Shown here: one piece after another, positions 1 through 11,356 of the stretch | How the letters are laid out: each line of letters opens with the position of its first letter | Numbering within the stretch: position 1 is the first letter of the stretch | Assembly: GCA_010093605.1 (NCBI GenBank) | Contig: MU004198.1 | Coordinates: 188,726-252,725 of the forward strand | Direction of reading: 5' to 3' | Origin: Lophium mytilinum | Lineage: Eukaryota | Length of the DNA: 64,000 nt | The notes under the pieces: generated by a model | Database searches by the model: none | Told to the model about the DNA's origin: nothing | Seen by the model: only the letters and a program-made list of their open reading frames with translations | Position numbers and translations under genes: made by a program

Positions 1-1551
1 CAGTCACCAAGGGAAGCGATGGCAAATATGTTGCCACTCCCAAGGAGACTAAGTACGACTTCAAGGTGGACCGCAAGGTTCCAAAGGTAGGTGTCTTGCT
101 TGTCGGTCTCGGTGGCAACAATGGAACCACTGTGACCGCCGGCATTCTCGCCAACCGCCGTGGCCTTTCTTGGGCTACTCGCACGGGCACGCAAACTGCC
201 AACTACTTTGGCTCTGTCGTTATGGGATCCACCATCAAGCTCGGAACCGACGAGAAGACTGGACAGGAAATCAACATCCCCTTCCACGACCTCTTGCCCA
301 TGGTCCACCCCAATGATATGGTCATTGGTGGATGGGATATCAGTGGCTTGAACCTGGCCGAGGCCATGGATCGTGCTGCTGTCCTGGAGCCAACCTTGAA
401 GCAACTCGTGCACAAGGAAATGGCTGCCATCAAGCCCCTTCCCAGCATCTACTACCCTGACTTCATTGCCGCCAACCAGGAGGACCGTGCCGACAACTTG
501 ATCCCCGGCAGCAAGGCTTGCAACGAGCACGTTGAGCACATCCGCAAGGATATTCGGTATGCTTCATGCTATCAACTTATCACGGCGAAGCTAATGCTGT
601 ATCAGTGATTTCAAGGCCGCGAACAACCTCGACAAGGTCATCGTTCAGTGGACTGCGAATACCGAGCGCTTTGCCGACCTCATCGAAGGCGTCAATGACA
701 CTGCTGAAAACCTTCTCAAGGCCATCGAAACTGGCCATGAGGAAGTCTCTCCTTCAACCGTCTTCGCAGTTGCGTCCATCCTTGAGGGTGCTCCCTTCAT
801 CAACGGCTCTCCCCAGAACACCTTTGTGCCTGGTGCCATTGCTCTCGCTGAGAAGCACGATGCCTATATTGGAGGCGATGACTTTAAGTCTGGCCAGACC
901 AAGATGAAGTCCGCGCTTGTGGATTTCTTGATCAGCGCTGGTATCAAGCTCACCTCCATTGCAAGCTACAACCATCTTGGCAACAACGACGGCAAGAACT
1001 TGAGCTCCCAGAGGCAGTTCCGCTCCAAGGAAATTTCCAAGTCCAATGTTGTCGATGACATGGTTGCAGCCAACTCTGTCCTGTACAAGGAGGGAGAACA
1101 CCCTGACCACACCGTCGTCATCAAGTACATGCCTGCCGTTGGAGACAATAAGCGTGCGTTGGACGAGTACTATGCGGAGATCTTCATGGGTGGTCACCAG
1201 ACCATCAGCATCTTCAACGTCTGCGAGGACTCTCTTTTGGCGTCTCCTCTGATCATCGATCTAGTCATCGTTGCTGAGATGATGACTCGCATTCAATGGA
1301 AGGCCCAGGGCGAGGATGGCAAATACGGCAACTTCCATAGCGTGCTCAGCATCCTTAGCTACATGCTCAAGGTAAGCATCCATTCATCTCCCGTACCATC
1401 TACTAACTCGGCACAGGCACCGCTTACTCCCTCTGGCACTCCTGTCATCAACGCTCTTGCTAAGCAGCGCGCGGCTCTCACCAACATCTTTCGCGCTTGT
1501 GTCGGTCTCGAGCCCGAGAACGACATGACTCTCGAGCACAAGGGCTTGTAG
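1..1551 (+). CDS. INO1: myo-inositol-1-phosphate synthase (5' end outside window); introns 557-605 and 1372-1416
   Basis: Motifs [22 protein letters not shown] and [18 protein letters not shown] introns join the frames. Stop TAG at 1549-1551. Confidence 0.97.
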
Positions 1552-1998
1552 ATGGCGATGGTCGACTGCTTGGTACATGCAGTGAGCTGACTTCAACATC
1601 AGCGTGGGTGGATGGGAGGCTGAGATAACGCCGGCTTGACTTCAACATTTTGCTCAACACTCAGACTGCCTTCCCCATTTCCTTAGTCTGACCAGATCCA
1701 ACACACTCATTCAGAAGATGCAATAAACCTTGATTCTTGATCAAATCTCCACATTGCCACGTGACCCCCCTAATCCCAATATCTTCGTCAAACAGACCCA
1801 TCTCTTAAGGTACATCGTCGCACTCAGCTAGACATTGAAACGTAAAGTATGTTCATCAGTGCCATTCTGTAGAGTATCAATGAGACCATTCGTTGAAAGT
1901 CGTCCATTTAGCCTTCTTGCCTCGGTCAACTCTAAATGAACTTCAAACTGACTTCCAACTCCTATTCCCTCCTCCTCTCCACATCTCCTCCAATAGCT

Positions 1999-4068
1999 AT
2001 GGCGCCGCAATTCCCATCCATCCAGTCCTTCTTTCAAGTGAAGTCGTCGCCCAACTCAAAAGAGCACCAACCGCCGAGCTCATCTCCTTCCACAACGCCA
2101 CTTGGCGATGGCTTCTCCACCGAGGAAGTCGACGCAGTCCTCCATCCGACCATTGACAGCGCATGGACACCAACACAAGACTACGAAGAGCTAGAGATCG
2201 GCGACCTCGACGCTGGCCCTCGATGCGTCACCTTCATCGGCCGCATCGTCAATCTCTACGACCAAGCCACGCCGAGCAAAGCACCCAAAGCGGCGAAAGG
2301 GTGCATCAAGCTCATCGTAGCAGACGACTCAGGAGCGCTGACGGTGTGTCTAGCCGCTCTCTTCCATACATCGCTAATTAAATCTCGTAGGTCAGGCTCT
2401 GGTATGCCAACATGGAGTACAAGCTCCGCCTCGGTCACCTGATCTCCGTCTGGACGCCGCATCTTTCATATGGTGAGAATGGTACGCTGGCGCCTACCAG
2501 CGCGCCGCTCTTCACGAGTATCTTTCCTGAACGGGATCGGAACTGCCATCTCTTGATTCATGAGAACAGCGATGGGGGCGTGCAGTGCAAGAAGCCGGTT
2601 GGGTATAAAAAGGGCCAGCCGTTGCCGGGGCTGATGACGCTGCAGAACTTCATCAATGGGGGATATGATGTTGCCGACGGGAAGATTCTGGTGTGTGTGA
2701 AGAGTATTGGGGCTAGGACGAAGGGTGAGTGCAGCAGTTCTGGAGAATGACACCTCAGAGAAGCTAATTATGATGGTTATAGTCGAGAACAAAAGGGGAA
2801 CTACGGAACGTATCAATGTTGGGCTCTTCGATGACACGGCCGAAGCTACCTTGACGCTCTGGGGCTCTACGACTGCGTCTGCGGCGCCGTGGCAGCCGTC
2901 TCATACTGTGCTGCTCATCACGAATCCCGGCTGGAGGATTGATCGGAGGGCGTGGATCTCCGTAACTGCCAACACGCATGTTGATGTGGATCCGTCGATT
3001 ACTGACGCTATCTGGCTGCGGTCGTTTGCTCAGCGATTGACCAAGAGGGATCATGTAAATCCACCATTCCCCGAGGGATGTAAGTACCGCACGCATCACT
3101 ACTATTAGACCAGAGCTGATCTATGCCACAGTCTTCGACACCGAAGCAGCAGAAAGCTCTCAAGTACGCATCCTATACCGGCTCGCAGACATCGATGAAT
3201 TGTACCACTCCCTCCTTCCCTCCCCAACCCTATCTTCCAGCTTCTCACTAACCCCAACCCAGCGCTCGCGCAGCACCAAAAGGTACCGCCCATTCCCATC
3301 CCCTTTCCACCCACACTTACCCCTTCAACTAACCCCACCCACCCAGAGAAATTCATGGGCTTCCTCAGCATCATAATCATGGATCTCCACATCGTCACCA
3401 ACTTCAAACGCAACATGCTCATGTGCACGGAATGGTACCAACCCCCCTTCTCCCTCTAATCCTCCCTCCAAGCTCCTACTAACCGCTCCCATGCTGAAAA
3501 GCTGCGGCGTCCCCCTCTACGCCAACGCCGTAACCGCGAAGTGCAAACAATGCGAGACGTACCAGCCCCTCCGCATCAACCCGCGTATCGTGAGTTACCC
3601 CGGTGGGTGGACGGAAGAGCGGGAGGGAGGGGTATGAGGGTTGTAGAAGGGGGTTAATTCCCACGAACCGTACTAACACAAGCACAGCTCGGCACCCTCG
3701 CCGACGAAACCGGCGCCCTTGCTCAGGGCAAGCTCCTTTTCTCGACCACGGCGTGGGAGCAGCTGCTCGGGCGGTCCGCGTTCCAGCTCGTGAGCTCGAG
3801 CGGCGAGGTGCTGCGGTATCTGGAGCAACGGCTGTTGTTCTTGCGGGTGAGTTTGTGTTTTGGGTGGGGTCTTTACGGGGAATTGGAAGAGGAGGAGGGA
3901 GAGGGAGAGGATGGCGAAGGGAAAGGAAAGGGGAGGGCGAAAGGGAAGAAGCGGAAGAGGGATGAGGACGCGGAGAAAGAGACTAAGGAGGTGAATCAGG
4001 GAAGAGAAAAGAAGGGGGACGGCGTCGGAGAACTAGGTCGGTTATGCGTCTGGGGCGTGCGCATGTGA
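1999..4068 (+). CDS. MEIOB-like (RPA1-related) OB-fold ssDNA-binding protein, about 8 exons including a ~20-nt micro-exon near 3263-3282
   Basis: The spliced product has VKSIG...V.LFDDT...LTLW...W.P..TV...DP.I.DA..L..F, a CxxC..CxxC zinc ribbon and DETG.L....WEQLLG...LL..R, which I recognise as MEIOB-type segments. Canonical introns at 2344-2390, 2725-2782, 3080-3131 and four more downstream. Confidence 0.75.
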
Positions 4069-4882
4069 AGCATCTGTTGCTAAGACGAAGACCGAAGATG
4101 TAAGTCACGGGCCAGTACATACGACCAACACCGTCGTGGATAACACATGCGAGTAAGTGTCATGAATGCATTAGCACAGCAGTAATATAGTAAACACACC
4201 CTTTAAACCACCCTAAACACGGATTATCGTTCCCACCCGACGTGAAAGTAAAGCCGCCCGTCTTCGAATTCCCGTTTTTTCCAGCTTTCAACCAGCTCGT
4301 CAGACCAGCCGCTCAGCGCCTCAGCCTGCTTTCCTACCAGGCATCGAGGGAATATCTTCCGGCCCTATGGTTAGTCTACACGCAGCGACCGCGCCATGCT
4401 CACCTGGCGTCAAGAACATCGGCGGGAGGGACTCTGTGACCGGTCTTGATGAGACGTAGTGACCTGATCCAGATGCTAGATTTATAGGCTACGAAGAAAC
4501 CACGTAGTGTGCTATCGAAATCTCACCTTTCCGGTTGATTCTGTAAGAAGTTGTGACTGGCAGGTCGTAATCGGGTGAGCGGCGCCTCCGCTTTCTTTCA
4601 TCGTCCAGAAAACGGCGAACTGGTTTGGAGCCTATGGTTATGGGATCAGAAGGAGCGACGCTACTCTTCACTCACTCTCTCACACAGACCAGAGCGTACA
4701 CGATCAACGCATGGCATTCAATCTATATACCCCCAAACCACTCTGATTTTGAGAAAGACCCTCCCCTGACGCAAGAATCCGCACCTCGCAAGCCCAAGCA
4801 AGCAAAGCACGCAACTTCAACAAGATGCCAATTCAATAACCGTTCCCGACTGCCATTAGCGCCGAAGACGAAGTTGAACCAT

Positions 4883-7586
4883 CTAAATGAGCTGCTGGAA
4901 CGCGCGGTTGACCGGCGAGCGGAGCGGCTTGACGTCCTTGTAGAAGTCGACCGTGAGCTTAGCGCGCTTGGCGATGCCTTCAGGGGTGAATTCGAATTTC
5001 TGGATTTTTTCATTAGCAAACAGGCCAATAAAGCTAATGGGATGAGATAGGGGGACAACTTACAGCGTAAACCTCCTTATACGGTCCCGACGCACCGAAC
5101 CGGTTAAGGCCGAACTGCTCGTGACTGTACTTCTCCCAGCCCATCGTCGACATAACCTCCACGCTCAAAGTCGGGATACCGTCAGGGATGACGGTGAGCT
5201 TGTACTCCTTGTCCTGGGCATCGAAGACCTCGACACAAGGCAGCGAGACAACGCGGGCCTTGAGTCCTTGGTCTTTGAGCGTCTTGACAGCTTCGAGGCA
5301 GATGCCGACCTCCGAACCGGTCGAGACGAGAGTGACGTCGGCCTCCTTGTCCTCGAGCGCGACGTAGCCACCCTTGATGGCCTTGGCGAGGGATGAGCCC
5401 TCGAGCTGGGGCAGGTTCTGGCGGGTGAGGGCGAGGATGGAGGGGGTGCCCTTGGACGTCAGAGCCATGTAGTAGGCAGCCGAGGTCTCGTTGCCGTCAG
5501 CCGGGCGCCAGACCATCATGTTGGGCAGGGCGCGGAAGTGGGCGAGGGTCTCGATAGGTTGATGCGTGGGGCCGTCCTCACCAAGACCGATGGAGTCGTG
5601 GGTGGCGATGTAGATGACACGCTGGTGGGATAGCGAAGAGAGGCGGACAGCACCGGCGGCGTACGAGACGAAGTTTAGGAAGGTTCCTCCAGCGGGGATA
5701 ATGGTGCCGTAGGCAGACATGCCGTTCATGATGGCAGCCATGGCGTGTTCACGCACACCATAGCGCATGTAACGACCAGCCCAGTTGCCGATGCCTAGGT
5801 TTGGGGGTTGGAAGTCAATAGCCTTCTTCCACCGAGTGTTGTTGGAGCCTGTGAGATCTGCAGAGCCGGACATGAGTTCGGGAATGACTTCGTAAATGGC
5901 CTCGAGGACGCTCTCGGAAAGCTTTCGGGAGGCGATGGCAGGGTCTGAGGGCTTGTAAACAGGGAGGCTGTTCTGCCATCCCTCTGGCAGATCACTCTTC
6001 AGTCGTCGAATAAGATCGGCATGTTCTTCCTTGTGCTCCTGGCCATACTTCTCGAACAGCTTGTTCCACTCCTGCTCAGCAGCAGCACCCTCAGCAGCAT
6101 GGGCGTGATACTGGTCATAGACCTCCTGGGGAACGACGAAAGTCTTCGACGGATCGAAACCGAACTTCTCCTTGACCTGCTTGATGTCGTCGGATTTGAG
6201 GGGGTTCCCGTGAACACCACCAGTTCCCTGAAGGTTGGAGCCGAAACCAATGGTGGTGGTGACCTTGATGACGGAGGGCTTGTCCGTGACCTTCTTGGCT
6301 GCGGCAATGGCCGCCTCTATGCCCTCTAGGTCATGGTCACCATCCTTCACCCACTGTGTGTGCCATCCGTATGCCTCGAATCGCTTCAGAACATCCTCGG
6401 TAAACGCGCACTTGGTGTCACCATCTGAAATCGCAGTTAGTGTGATATCTCGACGGCAAAAAACGCTTTCTTACCGATGGAAATATGGTTGTCGTCGTAG
6501 AGGGCAATCAGGTTTCCAAGCTGCAAGTGACCGGCAGTGCTAGCAGCCTCGCTAGCAATGCCCTCCATAGCGCAGCCATCGCCGAAAATGGTGAAGGTGT
6601 GGTTGTTGATCAGATCAAAGCCGGGCTTGTTGAAAGTGGCTGCAGTGTGAGCCTGAGCGACGGCAAGACCGACGGCGTTCGCGAAACCTTGGCCGAGGGG
6701 ACCAGTTGTGACCTCGATACCGGGTGTGTCGTGGGCTTCTGGGTGACCCGGGGTGATGCTATCCACTTGCTGGTATAACGTGAGTATTAATCACTGCAAT
6801 TAGAAATGGCACTACTCACGCGGAAATGCTTGAGGTCGTCAATGGTAACGGCATAACCGAAGAGGTGTAGCAGAGCGTATTGGAGCATGCATCCATGACC
6901 GTTCCTGCACAGAGTGAATTAGCACGCTGGAGAATGTTTCTAGAGTTTCTTCGCTGCAATCAAGCAGTACAGCGGAGAAGGCGGAATTGCCGGGAGGATG
7001 TCAGATCCACAACATGGACACAGAAGCTACCAGAAAAAAAGCAGAAAAGCACAATTTGGCCACGACACGTATCCGCGGAGAATTGAGTATCAGACTGGGC
7101 CAAAGGCGGACCAGAAATGATTCCGAGCTCTTCGAATAGTCGTGCTTGGATGTTTCTCGCGACTGCGGGGCTTTTATGGAGATTGGGAACCTACGAGAGG
7201 ACGAAACGATCGCGATTGACCTGACAATGACGTTAATCTTTATGATTATGGCTATAAATCGGCTGAAACGGCCTACCCAGTCGGGGTTCTTCGGATTGAA
7301 TGTCATGAACTTGTTCCAAAGGACGTGAGCCACCGGGGCCAGGCCCATGGGCGCACCGGGATGGCCCGAGTTAGCTGCGAAGGTGGCATCGATCTAGAAA
7401 GCACGCAGAGTCAGCAATTGAAGCTTTTGAGAAGAGTGTGGTGAAAAGTCTGCGGGCATAGAGGTTTGTTGGGCCATGGCGGGGCATTTCTCGTCTCAAA
7501 TGAATCAGATGGATCAAATGCGGGGTGCCTACCGCGAGCGTCCGGATCGTGTTGATTCCAAGCTTGTCCGTGTCTGTGTACGGCAT
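4883..7586 (-). CDS. TKL1: transketolase; exons 7586-7533, 7393-7277, 7220-7195, 6904-6820, 6769-6475, 6424-5064, 4999-4883
   Basis: [18 protein letters not shown], the GDG..N TPP-binding motif and [16 protein letters not shown]. All six introns are GT-AG with branch sites. Confidence 0.97.
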
Positions 7587-8055
7587 GATGGCGGTATTGT
7601 GAGGGTAATATTGGGAGAGAAGAGTCGTGAAGGAGGGAGAGGAAGAATTGGAGCTTTATTGGCAAGAAAGATTGGGGTCATTCCACCCACGTTGTGACGC
7701 AGTCCCGCCTAGTGCCGTTACCCCTCCAAGCCCCAAACATCCCGTGTTCGGCGCCCCTTCATTATTCTGCTTCCACCTCACGCCCCGCCGCTTTTCTCTC
7801 CGATTTGCGGGTAAATGAGTTGCGCGGGTAAATAAGCTGAGAAGCAATTCCCGCTGCAGAGTTTTCTGCTGCAAAGCTGTTCCATCAACCGCGTCGTCGC
7901 GTCGAGCGGTGGCTGTCCGACATAGCGAAAGCCTCCCACATCTCTCCTCAAGTGCTTCACCAAATAACCGACACCACGCGGAATCTCTTGCCCGCTGCGA
8001 TGGCAGAACGGGCAGAACGGGCAGCATGAATAAGCTTATCAACTATCGCTGACTG

Positions 8056-8098
8056 AGAGAAGCCAATCATTAGAAAAAGATGACCAGAGAAGCCAATC
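8056..8098. promoter_or_regulatory. duplicated CCAAT-box element upstream of TKL1
   Basis: AGAGAAGCCAATC occurs at 8056-8068 and 8086-8098, exactly 30 bp apart, about 470 bp upstream of the TKL1 ATG. Confidence 0.45.
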
Positions 8099-8881
8099 CG
8101 CCCGGCTAGACTGCTCTACCACCTGTCCCTCTACTCCCTCCGTCCAGATCGTGGGTATTATGAGCCACCACGATTGTTTTCCGCGGCCGCAATGCCCATG
8201 CCTTTGTAACGTTGCCCGCGCTGACCAACGGATTACTCAATTCTACCGCCCGGGGCGCGCCTAGACTATAGGGCCTGATCTGCGTCTCTGACTCTGCTCT
8301 TGTTGGTCACGATAGTACTTTCTTTTGGGTCTTGATTGCCACGTCGGCGGATTTCGAGGCGACGTCGATCGCAGCAGCAGGTATCGGTGAACATTTTAAA
8401 TCTTCATATGCGTCTTGAAGCGTTCATGCTTTCCGTTGCCTCTATATGAAACGTCGTACTTGTTTCTTCTTTCTAAGAAGTCTATTATAACTTATACATG
8501 ACTTACCTTATGAAGTTTATGTGGTAAGCTACTATAGAACCTCTAGCTAACGTCCACGTTGTCGAGTTCCGAGGCAATGCTTTTCACTCGTCAATCACAG
8601 AGGAAAAGTATCGACGAAGATGTAGCGTGTTCAGAATGCGTCTCATGCTTTTGTTTCTCTCGTCTTCTAGTAGTACATACAATATCTCTAAGAAATCTCA
8701 TCCAGCGAATGTTTTTCGTCTCATCCCAATCCCTTTCAATCCCATGCTCCAACCCTGAAAACAAAACGAATGGGTATCAGTAGTGATATACAGTCCACTC
8801 CCAGCCCCACCTCCCAAAAACGCCACCATCCCATCCCACCCCATCCCAAAATATACATATACAAAAAGAAGTAAATCTTAC

Positions 8882-11356
8882 TCAAACAACCGAAATAAAC
8901 AACTCATCCCCATGCCTCGTCGGCGTCAACTTCGGCACCCACAACGGACTCTTCAGCGCCTCCATCTCCGGCTCCGCCCCTCTAAACCTATACGCATGCT
9001 GCGTCTCGAAGTCCGTCACGCTCTTCGACTGCCGCCTATGTCTAGCCTCCGCCCACTGCGCCGTGCGAGCCATGGAATCGTCGCTGCCACTCCGCGCATG
9101 GCCCCTACGGGACCCCATATTGCGCCGCGGGCTCTGGCCAAACGGCTCTGGCGTCCAGAGGCGGTTCTCCAGCTCCTGCGCGTGCTTCTCGCCGCGGCGC
9201 TTGACGAGCAGCGAGGGCGTCGGCGACTGCGTGCGCGCTTGCATGGCGTGGTTCCTGTTCTGCCGCTGCGGGCTCAGCGGGCTCTTCGGGCTGCGCGGGA
9301 CCGCTTGGTTGGATGCGCGCGGGACCTTTGGGTATCGCAGGTTCGAGATCGGCGACTCGGCGACTGGCGAGAGCGCCTTGTCCATGTCATCGGATTCGTC
9401 TTCCGGCGTTGGGTCGTCGAGGTCGGCGGATTCGAAGGTGGTGTTTGAGCTCATTGATTCATGTTTGCTTCGGGAGGTTACCGAGGTCGATCGGGAGACA
9501 GTCATGGACGAGGCTTTGGACTTGATGTGGACTAGTTTCGGCGACTTGCTGGGGTGGCGCGGGAACTCGGGGCTGGCTGTTAGCTTTTCTGGCCGTGGGA
9601 GGAGTTTGTCGGGGGAGATGTAGTAGTCGGGGATGTAGCCATCTAGGCTTGACGTCGACGACGGTCTCTCCGTTGGCTCGTGACTTGGCTTTGGCCGTTG
9701 AGGCGAGACAGCTTCTTGAATTGGTGGAACTGTCTGAGCTGGTTGGAATCTGGAATGGCGAACAGGTATATTAAGAGATAGAGATGGAGCTTGAGCGACG
9801 GCCCGATCTTGTCCATGATTTTGCGCAGGTCGTGGTACCTCAGGCTGGCTAAATGGTGGTAGTTTGAAATACTGGGGTCTGGTAGGAGTCTGAGGAGTTT
9901 CTATCTCTTGAACATAACTCTCGGCGTACGCACGAGCTCCTCCTGACCGTGTTGCTTGTGGGGCTGTCGAACCTCGGACTTTGAGTGGAGGAATAGGTAG
10001 GATTGGCTTAAGCTTAGTCACTTCCGGTCGGTCCAGTGGTGTATCTTCTTCGAAAACCGTGACAGTCGTAAGAGCGGAATCAGGGCGTAGCATGCTACTC
10101 CTATGACGCTGCTCTTGTCGTGGGACTGTCAAGAGCGGCGCGGGCTTGTCTGGTAGCAGTCTCGACACAGTTCGTGTGCTGACGAAGCTTTCTGGAGAGA
10201 CATGGTAATCGTTTTCGGGGCTGATTGCAAGGCCTATTTCCTCCAAAGGTACATTCAAAGCTGGCCCATTGTTGTTTTCACCAACGTCTCGGGACATGCC
10301 GACCATGTTTGTTTGAAGCTTGGGCACTTCTCCGCGTACCAACCTCGACCTGTCCGGACTGCCGGAAGGGCTGGCGTAAGGATAAGGTAGTCCCACTCTT
10401 TGAACAGGTCGAGCTGGCTGAGCTACTGCGACTCCAACTCCAACTCCAACTCCAAGACCGACCCCGACACCAACCCCTCCTGCTCCCCTAGGGTCCCTTA
10501 GAGAAGCTGGTGGTGGAGTGCTTCGACCTAGAGGAAATTGGCTGGGAGGTGAGGGACCATGGTAATTCTTCTCAGCCAGAACCCGAGCTTTATCCATTCT
10601 TTGTAGCATTCTTCGTTCATGTCGACGCCTGAGGCAGATGCTCAAGACCATAGCCCCAACAGCTAAGCTGATGACTGCAGCGCCGGCTACAGCTATGCCA
10701 ATGATCTGTGCCGTCTGCAAAGTGCCGTGACCTTGATTCGATGACGTGGAGGTTTCGCTGGCTGAAGCTGCGGAAGCTTGTAGCGTGATAGATGCTGCAG
10801 GTACGATCGAAGCTGCTGCCACCGAGGATGCGGCCACCGAGGATGCGGCCACCGAGGATGCGGTGGACCGTGTCGAAGACTTCGCGGAGGTCTGTAGTGT
10901 ACTTGGAGGTGGGGTTGTGTGAGCCGTCGTTGTGCTGGAGCGTGTTGCGATAACAGTAAATGTTGAGAGAGTGGTCTCAAGTGCGGTAACGGTCAGCGCA
11001 CTTTGAGTGGGCAGGACAGCATCCTTCTGCCCAACACAGACGTTGAAAGCTTTGGATGCCTGGTCATCCGGCACAGAGGCGCAAGAGGCATACAAGCAAC
11101 CAAGGGAAACCTCCCCGAGGCTTGATCCATGTGTGCTATATCGGGAACAAAGACACCCAAGGTCTATTTGAGAAGTGCAAGCTACCGGAAACGAGGTATA
11201 GAGAGCGGACTCCAGACATTGTCGTGCACATTCTGGTACTGTGCTTTGTAAAGAAGAGGGTAATGCGTTGGGTAGTGATGTGGTTGAGGGTTGAGGAAGT
11301 GCTAGTATTAATGAAGGTCCGATGATGCATAGCCTTTTGAAATGGCTGAAAAGCAT
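8882..11356 (-). CDS. CFEM-domain single-pass membrane protein with a long Ser/Pro-rich cytoplasmic tail
   Basis: 824-aa ORF: signal-like N-terminus, PECARQC..C..CLC..C...C..C cysteine pattern, S/T-rich stalk, TM segment IIGIAVAGAAVISLAVGAMVLSICL followed by RRR. Confidence 0.85.
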   Translation of the reverse strand: MLFSHFKRLCIIGPSLILALPQPSTTSLPNALPSSLQSTVPECARQCLESALYTSFPVACTSQIDLGCLCSRYSTHGSSLGEVSLGCLYASCASVPDDQASKAFNVCVGQKDAVLPTQSALTVTALETTLSTFTVIATRSSTTTAHTTPPPSTLQTSAKSSTRSTASSVAASSVAASSVAAASIVPAASITLQASAASASETSTSSNQGHGTLQTAQIIGIAVAGAAVISLAVGAMVLSICLRRRHERRMLQRMDKARVLAEKNYHGPSPPSQFPLGRSTPPPASLRDPRGAGGVGVGVGLGVGVGVGVAVAQPARPVQRVGLPYPYASPSGSPDRSRLVRGEVPKLQTNMVGMSRDVGENNNGPALNVPLEEIGLAISPENDYHVSPESFVSTRTVSRLLPDKPAPLLTVPRQEQRHRSSMLRPDSALTTVTVFEEDTPLDRPEVTKLKPILPIPPLKVRGSTAPQATRSGGARAYAESYVQEIETPQTPTRPQYFKLPPFSQPEVPRPAQNHGQDRAVAQAPSLSLNIPVRHSRFQPAQTVPPIQEAVSPQRPKPSHEPTERPSSTSSLDGYIPDYYISPDKLLPRPEKLTASPEFPRHPSKSPKLVHIKSKASSMTVSRSTSVTSRSKHESMSSNTTFESADLDDPTPEDESDDMDKALSPVAESPISNLRYPKVPRASNQAVPRSPKSPLSPQRQNRNHAMQARTQSPTPSLLVKRRGEKHAQELENRLWTPEPFGQSPRRNMGSRRGHARSGSDDSMARTAQWAEARHRRQSKSVTDFETQHAYRFRGAEPEMEALKSPLWVPKLTPTRHGDELFISVV
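10815..10865. repeat. 15-bp coding tandem repeat (about 3 copies, VAASS)
   Basis: GCCACCGAGGATGCG repeated in tandem. Confidence 0.8.

Noticed and set aside
4850..4885. Stop-codon readthrough giving a cryptic peroxisomal transketolase
   Set aside because: The stop is TAG-ATG, not TGA-CTA, and the extension MVQLRLRR lacks a PTS1.
6905..7532. TPP riboswitch in transketolase introns
   Set aside because: The enzyme uses TPP, but the aptamer core motifs are not present in the expected arrangement.
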